DNA from: Candidatus Pyrohabitans jungbluthii
GTDB taxonomy: Archaea > Hydrothermarchaeota > Hydrothermarchaeia > Hydrothermarchaeales > BMS3B
Length of the DNA: 64,000 nt
Assembly: GCA_002010065.2 (NCBI GenBank)
Contig: MTMD02000014.1
Coordinates: 64,001 to 128,000, forward strand
Direction: 5' to 3'
The notes under the pieces are model-generated. The model was given only the letters and a program-made list of their open reading frames with translations, did not search any database and had not been told where the DNA came from. The position numbers were made by a program, and so were the translations under genes. This document shows positions 56,669-64,000 of this stretch, piece after piece (within the stretch, counting starts at the first letter, position 1; every line of letters begins with the position of its first letter).

Positions 56669-57454
56669 ATGCGCGCCCTCGCTACAAGCTTTCTTGTGCT
56701 CGCTGAAATAGCTGCGAGGCAGCCCAGCGTGAGGCAGGCTGAGATCGCCAAGGAGCTGGGCATCAGTGCGCAGGCGGTGTCGGAGTGCGTTAAGTCGCTG
56801 ATTAAAGCTAAGCTGGTGGAGAGCAGCGGGAAGGGGAGCTATACCCTCACACCCAAGGGCTATGAATATCTCTTCACCAACGCAAGGGAGCTTAGAGACC
56901 TGTCGAGTTTTATCCTGGAGGAGGTTGTCTCAGGGCTGCGCGTGTACACTGCAGTTGCTGCCGAGGATTTGGAGGCTGAGGAGGAGGTTTCCCTGTGGAT
57001 GGAGCGCGGGCTACTCTATGCCGGCAAGCGCAGCGGCAGAGCGCAGGGAAAAACGCTGAGCGCAGCGCAGCGCGGCGAAGACGTCGCCGTGGTCGAGGTT
57101 CGCGAGCTTGTGGCTCCACCTCCCGGCATGGTTACGGTTGTGAAGGTGCCCAGGGTTGAGAAAGGTGGGAGCAGAACCGCTAACTTGGGCATGCTCCAGC
57201 ATTTAGCAGAGGATGCAGAGTTTGTCGCAGCGCTGGGTGTAGAGGCAAAGGTTGCCCTTGAGAAGGCAGGCATAGGCTGCGATGCCTTTTTCGGCGCGCC
57301 TCATGCGTGCGTGGAGGCGGCGCTTCATGGCATGCCTGTGCTCGTGGCTGCGGTTGAGGATGAGCTTCACCTCCTGCTCAGAAAACTTGAAAGGGCAGGG
57401 CTGAGTTATCGCGTAATTGATGCAAGCGTAAGGAGGCAGGCGAATGAAGGTTGA
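56669..57454 (+). CDS. archaeal wHTH transcriptional regulator (COG1497-like)
   Basis: QAEIAKELGISAQAVSE, Y.LT.KG, GEDV, GGS. Confidence 0.82.
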   Translation: MRALATSFLVLAEIAARQPSVRQAEIAKELGISAQAVSECVKSLIKAKLVESSGKGSYTLTPKGYEYLFTNARELRDLSSFILEEVVSGLRVYTAVAAEDLEAEEEVSLWMERGLLYAGKRSGRAQGKTLSAAQRGEDVAVVEVRELVAPPPGMVTVVKVPRVEKGGSRTANLGMLQHLAEDAEFVAALGVEAKVALEKAGIGCDAFFGAPHACVEAALHGMPVLVAAVEDELHLLLRKLERAGLSYRVIDASVRRQANEG

Positions 57455-57635
57455 GCTGGAGCTTCTTGACGTGGCAAGGGAGAATGTGGAGAAGCTGACG
57501 CGAGAGGTACATCGCTACGATATCGCAGATGGTGTAATCTACCTCATGTATGAGGATAAGGTGGAGATTTTCCCCCTGGACAGGCTACACCGAATGATGG
57601 TAATGAAGGGCGAGGAGGGCGAAGGGACATTATAG
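57444..57635 (+). CDS. small hypothetical protein
   Basis: GGAGG RBS, overlaps upstream stop. Confidence 0.55.
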   Translation: MKVELELLDVARENVEKLTREVHRYDIADGVIYLMYEDKVEIFPLDRLHRMMVMKGEEGEGTL

Positions 57636-58202
57636 CTCCTGCTTTCCGTACCTCTCTTCCCTCCATGCATTGCCCCGCATGTGGTACCCCCTCGCCTCCC
57701 AGAACCCTGGCTTATTCTCAGCCATGAACTCTATGCCTACCACCCACTTTGCACTCTTCCAGAAGTAGAGCCTCGGAATCACTAGCCTCACAGGTGAGCC
57801 ATGCTCAGGGGTTAGAGGTTTGCCGTTGAGCTTTACAGCGAGAAGCGCATCCTCAGCGAAGAACTCAGCAAGCGGGAGGTTGGTTGTGTACCCATCGGCA
57901 GAGTGAACCATAACATACTTCGCCTCAGGCAAAAGGTGCACAAGCTTCTTAATCTCGCGGGTGCTGACCCCTTCCCAGGTTAAGCCCAGCTTCGACCAGC
58001 CGGTAACGCAATGAGCGTCTAAATTAACCGTAACTCGCGGGAGGGACATGAGGTTAGCGTAACTCAGCTCCACCTCCTCCTTCACCAGCCCGAATATCCT
58101 GAGGCTCCACTTTGAGATGTCAATGTGGGGTATTCCGTCAAAATGAAGAATAGGCAGATGCTCAACCACTTTTTGCCCCGGTGGCAGCTTGGGTGAGGGC
58201 AT
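57630..58202 (-). CDS. sulfite oxidase-like molybdopterin oxidoreductase (YuiH-like)
   Basis: LPPGQ, HCVTGWS, EHG.P.RL, WKSAKW, GFWE.RGYH. Confidence 0.9.
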   Translation of the reverse strand: MPSPKLPPGQKVVEHLPILHFDGIPHIDISKWSLRIFGLVKEEVELSYANLMSLPRVTVNLDAHCVTGWSKLGLTWEGVSTREIKKLVHLLPEAKYVMVHSADGYTTNLPLAEFFAEDALLAVKLNGKPLTPEHGSPVRLVIPRLYFWKSAKWVVGIEFMAENKPGFWEARGYHMRGNAWREERYGKQEL

Positions 58203-58204
58203 AC

Positions 58205-59032
58205 CTAAATCCCAAGCACGTCGAAGGTGGAGTAGACCCTGCCCCTCTCCGCTTTGGCCACGAAGCGCGCTGCCTTTATAGCGCCTTCCACGAAAGCCTG
58301 CCTTGAGTGGGCGCGGTGAATAAGCTCCACTCGCTCGCCCTCGCCGGCGAATATCACTATGTGCTCTCCCACCACGTCGCCCGCTCGAACCGCGTGGAAG
58401 CCTATCTCTTCATCGCTGCGCTCGCCTATTAAGCCTCGCCCTCTTGAATATCTGGCGCATTCCTCAAGCCTCTTTCCCTGGGCTTCTGCTATAAGCTCGC
58501 CAACGCGGAGCGCTGTGCCGGAGGGCGCATCCTTCTTGTGGCGATGGTGTATCTCTATAATCTCCACGTCGTAATCCTTAAGCACCCGCGCAATCTGTGC
58601 CGCGATTTTGAAAAACACATTGACGCCCGTAGCCATATTCGGCGAAATCACCGCGGCGATGCCATTTTCTTCCACAGCGCGGACAATTTCCTGCTTTTCC
58701 TCCTCTGCAAATCCGGTGGTGCCTATCACCAGGTTAACTCCCAGCGAGGCGGCAATCTTGGCTGTGCTCACGCACGCTTTGGCTGTGGTGAAGTCGATCA
58801 GCACCTCTGGCTTTGCTTCAATCAAAACCTCGCGCAGCTCATCGGCGGTGCTCAATGCTACGCCACACTTGCCCACGCCAATGAGCTCGCCCACGTCTTT
58901 ACCTCTCTCCTCCTTCCCTGGCGCCTCTATAGCTGCGACCAGCTTCATATCATCCTGAGCAAGAACGCTCTTAACTATCCCGCTCCCCATTCTTCCAAGA
59001 GCTCCGGTTACAGCTACGCGTATCAAGGGCAT
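58205..59032 (-). CDS. dapB: 4-hydroxy-tetrahydrodipicolinate reductase
   Basis: GALGRMG, IGTTG, EIHHRHKKDAPSGTA. Confidence 0.97.
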   Translation of the reverse strand: MPLIRVAVTGALGRMGSGIVKSVLAQDDMKLVAAIEAPGKEERGKDVGELIGVGKCGVALSTADELREVLIEAKPEVLIDFTTAKACVSTAKIAASLGVNLVIGTTGFAEEEKQEIVRAVEENGIAAVISPNMATGVNVFFKIAAQIARVLKDYDVEIIEIHHRHKKDAPSGTALRVGELIAEAQGKRLEECARYSRGRGLIGERSDEEIGFHAVRAGDVVGEHIVIFAGEGERVELIHRAHSRQAFVEGAIKAARFVAKAERGRVYSTFDVLGI

Positions 59033-59035
59033 CAC

Positions 59036-59920
59036 CTAAATAATGCCCAGTTTGGCAACTACTTCGCGTATGCGCTCCCGCTTCTCCTGCGAGGTCTCGC
59101 ACAGAGGTAAGCGGAAGCCTCCTGCTGGTAAGCCCGCGAGCGCCATCGCCTCCTTGATTGGTATCGGGTTTGTATCAATAAAGAGCACATCAAAGAGCTC
59201 ACTCAGCTCGCGGTGCTCCTTCTCCATGGCAGCAAAGTCTCCCTTCAAGCCCAGCTCAACAAAGCGCTGCATTCGCCCAGGGATTAAATTGGAGGCAACT
59301 GAAATAACTCCCTTCGCGGCGTAGTCCCGCATTAAGGCGAGGGTATCACCGTCGTTGCCCGAGAGTATGAGAAAGTCCTCGCCGCAAAGCTCGCGAATCC
59401 TGCGCCAGACTTCGGGATTTCCGCTCGCTTCCTTAACACCTATAATATTCGAGTGCTCCTCCTTCAGCCTCGCCATGGTCTCGGGCGCTATCTCGCGAGC
59501 ACTTCGCCCGGGGATGTTGTAAAGTATGTGCGGTATATCAACCCGCTCCGCTATCGCCGAGAAGTGGCGGAACAGCCCCTCCTGATTCGGCTTGTTGTAG
59601 TAGGGGCAAACTTGCAACGTAGCCGCGGCGCCCACATCGCTGGCATGCCTGCTGAGCTCAATCGCCTCCCAGGTGCAGTTTGAACCCGTGCCAGCAATAA
59701 CAGCGCAGCACGCATGCTCAACAGTAGCTTCTATAACCTTATTGTGCTCCTCATGGCTGAGCACCGGCGATTCGCCGGTTGTGCCTACTGCGACGATACC
59801 AGCAACGCCACCCTCATTCTGCATCTCCACTAGGCGAGCGTAGGCATCTAAGTCAAGCTCAGGCTTAACGCCGGTGTCTTTAAAAGGTGTAACAATCGCC
59901 GTAAAGCAGCCCTGGAACAT
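59036..59920 (-). CDS. dapA: 4-hydroxy-tetrahydrodipicolinate synthase
   Basis: GTTGES, PYYNKP, YNIPGR, GVKEASG, NPIPIK. Confidence 0.97.
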   Translation of the reverse strand: MFQGCFTAIVTPFKDTGVKPELDLDAYARLVEMQNEGGVAGIVAVGTTGESPVLSHEEHNKVIEATVEHACCAVIAGTGSNCTWEAIELSRHASDVGAAATLQVCPYYNKPNQEGLFRHFSAIAERVDIPHILYNIPGRSAREIAPETMARLKEEHSNIIGVKEASGNPEVWRRIRELCGEDFLILSGNDGDTLALMRDYAAKGVISVASNLIPGRMQRFVELGLKGDFAAMEKEHRELSELFDVLFIDTNPIPIKEAMALAGLPAGGFRLPLCETSQEKRERIREVVAKLGII

Positions 59921-59921
59921 C

Positions 59922-60122
59922 TCACTCCCTTACCCGCTGCCTCTGCTTCAGTATGCGCGTGACGTAGCCGGCTATTCTATTTGCCAGCATCTTGCCCTGT
60001 AGGTCAAGCACGCGCTCCACAAACTCGCGGTTCTTCTTGAAATCAAGGGTGAGCGCGTCACCATAGCGGTCCACCAACTCCAGGGCGGTGCGCTTTATGT
60101 ACTTCTGCCTGATTCTTCCCAA
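59922..60122 (-). CDS. rps17e: 30S ribosomal protein S17e
   Basis: TTG start after GGAGGTGA; GRIRQ..IKR, NRIAGYVT. Confidence 0.93.
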   Translation of the reverse strand: MGRIRQKYIKRTALELVDRYGDALTLDFKKNREFVERVLDLQGKMLANRIAGYVTRILKQRQRVRE

Positions 60123-60292
60123 ATTTTCACCTCCAAAAGGCATGTCAACTTATTTCTTCGCGAGATGGGTAACTCCGTCACCCTATCACTTCGTGACACG
60201 GGTAACCTCAGAAAATCTTAAATTTCATATGAGGTTAACTAAGGGGTGATATTCACAGAGGTGATATTTATACTTTACTTTGGAGGAGGAAG

Positions 60293-61198
60293 ATGAACAG
60301 GAATCTTTTAATAGTAGTGGCTATAGCAGTTGCGGTGATTGGAATCTCTATTCTGGGCGCTTACCTGATTTCAAAACCAAGCGACGGGATAATCTCCGGT
60401 GACAAGGTTGCTGTTATAAGGATTGACGGAGTTATATCCATGGACTCGGGGGAGGGTGTGTTTTCCACCGAAGCGACAACGCCGGAGGAGTTCAAATCCC
60501 AGCTTGACCGCGCACTAAGCGACGGCTCTGTGAAGGCAATTCTCATAGAGATAAACTCTCCCGGGGGCAGCGTCGTTGCCAGCGAGGAGATTGCAGAGGC
60601 GATTAAAGAGGCAAAAGAGAAGAAGCCCGTCGTCGCCTGGCTAGGGGAGATCGCCACCTCGGGCGGGTACTACGTTGCCAGTGCGAGCAGCTATATAGTC
60701 GCAGATCCCGGCACCATCACCGGAAGCATAGGCGTAATTTCGGTGTTTCCGGAATATTCGAGGCTGCTGGAGAAGCTGGGGATAAACATGACTGTAATCA
60801 AGGCGGGGGAGTACAAGGACTTCTCCACCGGGTATCGCCCTCTCACCGAGGAAGAACGCAGGATGGTAGAGGAAATAATCTACGACTTCTATGAGCTTTT
60901 TATCGCTGAGGTGGCGCAGAACCGCAATCTCAGCGTTGAGCACGTGAAGCAGGTGGCGGAGGGCAGAATATACTCTGCAAGGCGAGCGAAGGAGTTAGGG
61001 TTGGTGGACGAGGTTGGCACCCGCAGGGTTGCGATTAAGAAGGCGGCTGAGCTGGCTGGCATAGAGGGCGAGCCCCATTTGGTGAGCTACGAGAGGAAGG
61101 CACTCTTCAGGGAGATTTTTGGCACCGGTATGGAGCGCCTTGGCTATGGGTTTGCAAAAGCACTGCTCGAGAGAGATGCCAATCCTGCGCTGAGGTAG
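60293..61198 (+). CDS. sppA: signal peptide peptidase SppA (S49)
   Basis: INSPGG, ATSGGYY, TGSIGV, G.YKD. Confidence 0.94.
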   Translation: MNRNLLIVVAIAVAVIGISILGAYLISKPSDGIISGDKVAVIRIDGVISMDSGEGVFSTEATTPEEFKSQLDRALSDGSVKAILIEINSPGGSVVASEEIAEAIKEAKEKKPVVAWLGEIATSGGYYVASASSYIVADPGTITGSIGVISVFPEYSRLLEKLGINMTVIKAGEYKDFSTGYRPLTEEERRMVEEIIYDFYELFIAEVAQNRNLSVEHVKQVAEGRIYSARRAKELGLVDEVGTRRVAIKKAAELAGIEGEPHLVSYERKALFREIFGTGMERLGYGFAKALLERDANPALR

Positions 61199-61202
61199 TC
61201 AG

Positions 61203-62201
61203 ATGCATGAGCTTTTTGTGCTCCTCAGCGATGATGTTATGGCGAGGGTACGGGATTACCTTAGGGATGATAGGGAGTTTTTGGAGGAGCTTTATTTAGT
61301 GTTGGCTCCTGAGCCTGTGCTGGAGATTGACGACGATGCCCTTGAGCTGCTCAGGGATAATCTCGCGCTTTGGAGGCGTGGATATGCGATTCCCCTCGCG
61401 GCGCTTGAAGAGGCGAAGCGTTTCGTCACGGGTAACGCCTCGCTTCGCAGCTTGCAACGCGGGTTTTTGGTGATGCTGAGCAGTGAGGAGCTTGAGGCAG
61501 AGCCGGACGCTAACTACGCCTTTGCCAAGGAGTTCTGCAGTTCTGTGAAAGGGGAGAAGGTTCTGGATGTGGCGAGCGGTTTTGGCTGGGTGCCGGTGCT
61601 CCTCAGCGAGAGGGCGCATGTCTATGCGCTGGACAGCGCCTACAAAAACCCCATAATCTACGAGGAGGATAGGATATACATCGATGGCACAACGATAGAG
61701 CTTTTCCCTGGCTTTCCGGAGGGTCAGGCGTTTATTCGCGCAAACCGCGAGAAATTCACCTGCTACGCCGACTTTGCAAGGCTCTTCTGGGAGAAGCACG
61801 GCGCTAAGCTTGAGAACATAACACTGCTCCAGGGAGACGCCTCTAACTTAAGCAGTGTGCGCAGCCTGGGCGGTGATTCACCATTGACGCTTACCGAAGC
61901 CTTCGACAGCGTAACAATCTTCTTCGGGCTAAACCACATAGGCAAAGCGTGGCGGCGCGTGCTCAGCGAGGCTTCGCGTGTTCTCCGCAGGCATGGCAAG
62001 CTTCACGTGGCGATTTACCGCGAGTACCTTGCGAAATTCCCGCTCAAGGGCGCGTACAACTGGGCAGAGCAGCTTGGGATTGAGATTATACCGCTGGAGG
62101 AGCTTCTGAAGGAAGCTGAGGCGCTTGATTTAAAGGCGAAGGTTAAGAGGCACTCTGGGGAGAAGCTCTACCACATGGTGGAGATGGAGAAGAGGGAGTA
62201 G
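61203..62201 (+). CDS. class I SAM-dependent methyltransferase
   Basis: VLDVASGFG, QGDA, FD.V....L.H, E..RVL...G. Confidence 0.75.
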   Translation: MHELFVLLSDDVMARVRDYLRDDREFLEELYLVLAPEPVLEIDDDALELLRDNLALWRRGYAIPLAALEEAKRFVTGNASLRSLQRGFLVMLSSEELEAEPDANYAFAKEFCSSVKGEKVLDVASGFGWVPVLLSERAHVYALDSAYKNPIIYEEDRIYIDGTTIELFPGFPEGQAFIRANREKFTCYADFARLFWEKHGAKLENITLLQGDASNLSSVRSLGGDSPLTLTEAFDSVTIFFGLNHIGKAWRRVLSEASRVLRRHGKLHVAIYREYLAKFPLKGAYNWAEQLGIEIIPLEELLKEAEALDLKAKVKRHSGEKLYHMVEMEKRE

Positions 62202-62206
62202 CTCGG

Positions 62207-62788
62207 CTACGGCTCAATCTTGGTGCCGAGCAGCTCCAGAAACTTCGCCAGCCATTCAGGATGCGCGGGCCACGCGGGAGCGGTGACGATGTTTTTATCC
62301 ACATGAGCTTTGTCCACTGGCACGTCTACCCACTTAGCCCCTGCGGCCTTCACCTCGGGCGAGACCGCAGGGTAGGCTGTGCACGCTACGCCTTCAATAA
62401 CCCCTGCCGCAGCAAGTACCTGTGCTCCGTGGCAGATTGCAGCGATGGGTTTACCAGCCTGAGCGAAGTGGCGCACAATCTCTAGCACGCGCTCGTTGAG
62501 GCGGATGTACTCGGGCGCACGCCCACCAGGGATTACCAGAGCGTCATACTCCTCTGGGTTAATTTCATCGAAGGTGGCGTTAAGTGCAAAGTTGTGCCCC
62601 GGCTTCTCGCTGTAGGTCTGGTCGCCCTCAAAGTCGTGTACAGCGGTGCGAACCTTCTCCCCAGCCTTCTTGTCGGGACACACCGCGTGCACCTCGTGTC
62701 CAACCATCTGTAGCGCTTGGAACGGCACCATGGCTTCGTAGTCCTCCACATAGTCCCCCACAAGCATCAATATCTTCTTGGCACCCAT
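62207..62788 (-). CDS. pfpI: DJ-1/PfpI family protein
   Basis: [20 protein letters not shown]. Confidence 0.9.
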   Translation of the reverse strand: MGAKKILMLVGDYVEDYEAMVPFQALQMVGHEVHAVCPDKKAGEKVRTAVHDFEGDQTYSEKPGHNFALNATFDEINPEEYDALVIPGGRAPEYIRLNERVLEIVRHFAQAGKPIAAICHGAQVLAAAGVIEGVACTAYPAVSPEVKAAGAKWVDVPVDKAHVDKNIVTAPAWPAHPEWLAKFLELLGTKIEP

Positions 62789-62897
62789 ATCTACACCTCC
62801 CTAAGCTCACGAAAATTCAAACATTACTACATTTGCAGGCATGACATAAGAATGTATTTGCCTCTAGGCTTGTAGCAATAAAATTTAAAGAAAGGTG

Positions 62898-63500
62898 CTA
62901 CAGCTGCTCCTTAATCCTGTGGAGAAGCTCCGCTGGCGTTTTTACCGGGTACTCCAGCTTTTCCAGAATCTCCTCCGCCTTTCTGTCTTTTATCACAAGC
63001 CCACGAAGTCTCTCTATTAGCTGCTCCTTCTCTACGGGGAAATCCAGCCCCTTTATGCGCGCCAGCACGTGCACCGCCCAGTCGATGCCAAGAACCTCAG
63101 CTTCACGCTGTGCAAGCCTCACCTCTTCGCCCAGGCGCCCCTCCTTCTTCAGCTTCCTGTAGGCGAGCTTGGCTAGGCCGCCGGCGATGTGCTCATCTGC
63201 GCTCTCCACCTCCTGCGCAAGGTATGCCCTAACTTTCTCCTCGTCCGCCGTAGCTATGTTTCGCGCCGTCTGCTCAGTTATGCCGAGCTCTCTGGCAATC
63301 TCCGCATAGCTCTTCATCGCCTCATTTCTGAGCACCACCACGTATGCCGCCTCCGCCAGGGATGGAAGCCAGGTGAGGTTGCGGTACTCCACCAGCTTCT
63401 TCAGCCCGCCAAGAAGGGAGATGCTCTCGGCAAACACCTGCTCTGCCATCGTATCAATGCTAGTAGCTACGGGTTTTGAAATAACCTCCATTTCCACCAC
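62898..63500 (-). CDS. KaiC-associated HTH regulatory protein
   Basis: LGGLKKL...LTWLPSLA.A, EIA.ELG.T, H.AGGLAK.AY. Confidence 0.8.
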   Translation of the reverse strand: MVEMEVISKPVATSIDTMAEQVFAESISLLGGLKKLVEYRNLTWLPSLAEAAYVVVLRNEAMKSYAEIARELGITEQTARNIATADEEKVRAYLAQEVESADEHIAGGLAKLAYRKLKKEGRLGEEVRLAQREAEVLGIDWAVHVLARIKGLDFPVEKEQLIERLRGLVIKDRKAEEILEKLEYPVKTPAELLHRIKEQL

Positions 63501-63506
63501 CTCCCT

Positions 63507-64000
63507 TCACTTCTTTATGTACTCCTCAAGGGGAGCGATTATGTCTATGACCCCGAGGTCGGAGATATCAAACACCCAGGTGCGAGAGTCATGCGGAGCC
63601 AGGCGGCATCCGTCTATGCGCAGTGTGCGCAGCACACTCCCAAGAGGCAAGTGGTAGAGCGAGACATCCCACCTGGTCTCTATTATCTTCTTATCCAGCA
63701 CTATGGTGCCGTCGACGATGTGCGCCACAGCCAAGCCGCCGGCTGCCTCTGCGCTCTCGCTCGCCTGCGCAGAGCGCTTCTGAGATACTAAAAGAGCGGT
63801 CTGGTGCCATTTTTTGAGGAAATTGAAAAACTGCCTTACAATCTGCCTTGCCGCGACCTCCTTGTGCTCATATAAACCTGTGATGCTGTCTATAATTACG
63901 TTTGTAATCTTCTTTTCCTTAATTGCGTACGCCATGGTATCGAGCAGCGCCCTGGGGTTCTCCCTCAGTTCCTCGTTATCCGAGGCGTCTATCACCACAA
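63507..64000 (-). CDS. KaiC-domain ATPase (5'-truncated by the window edge)
   Basis: IIDSITGL, VSQKR, AGG.AV.HIVDG, RIDGCR..H. Confidence 0.85.
   Translation of the reverse strand, partial: VVIDASDNEELRENPRALLDTMAYAIKEKKITNVIIDSITGLYEHKEVAARQIVRQFFNFLKKWHQTALLVSQKRSAQASESAEAAGGLAVAHIVDGTIVLDKKIIETRWDVSLYHLPLGSVLRTLRIDGCRLAPHDSRTWVFDISDLGVIDIIAPLEEYIKK

Noticed and set aside
60165-60240. GGGTAAC repeats and a GGTAACCTCA/TGAGGTTAAC inverted repeat between rps17e and sppA
   Set aside because: Could be an operator, but it is short, single-locus and has no candidate regulator; not an ncRNA I can support.
462-62844. Many antisense or overlapping ORFs in the track (e.g. 462-1109, 21260-22234, 34958-35788, 42850-43515, 50935-51549)
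   Set aside because: Shadow ORFs opposite well-supported genes, with no motifs or RBS.
1-64000. CRISPR array, tRNA, rRNA, transposase or integrase
   Set aside because: No regularly spaced repeats, cloverleaf/T-loop patterns, rRNA-like stretches or recombinase motifs were recognised by eye.

Overview
Archaeal chromosomal window from an anaerobic thermophilic euryarchaeote-like organism. Archaeal markers are PAN, rps17e, the SepF-ZPR1-NIP7 cluster, TATA/BRE promoters and GGAGGTG RBSs; branched-polyamine synthase BpsA points to thermophily. Gene content resembles Hydrothermarchaeota/Archaeoglobi-type non-methanogens, but that taxonomy is inference only. The window has four parts. (1) Housekeeping genes: tldD/pmbA, bpsA, pan, thrC, mqnE-A-C, cobT, dapAB, sppA, pfpI and a KaiC pair. 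(2) A ~6-19.4 kb defence island: a type I R-M operon whose HsdS carries an in-frame, catalytically complete-looking PIN nuclease domain between its two TRDs, with Schlafen/AlbA_2, rhomboid protease and HEPN genes interleaved among hsdM/hsdS/hsdR, plus YgjP-like, HNH and beta-CASP genes. (3) A ~20-37.7 kb corrinoid methyl-transfer cluster (3 MtaA/CmuA-like, corrinoid protein, RACE activator, MtrH-like) interwoven with sulfur-relay/thiol-redox genes and sharing a candidate operator. (4) A ~4.6 kb AT-rich island (52.0-56.7 kb) bounded by a 21/23-bp direct repeat, with a frameshifted relE convergent to its antitoxin, a frameshifted Cys-rich secreted protein and a PIN fragment. No rRNA, tRNA, CRISPR array, integrase or transposase was recognised. 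All family calls come from motif recognition by eye; no database searches were run.
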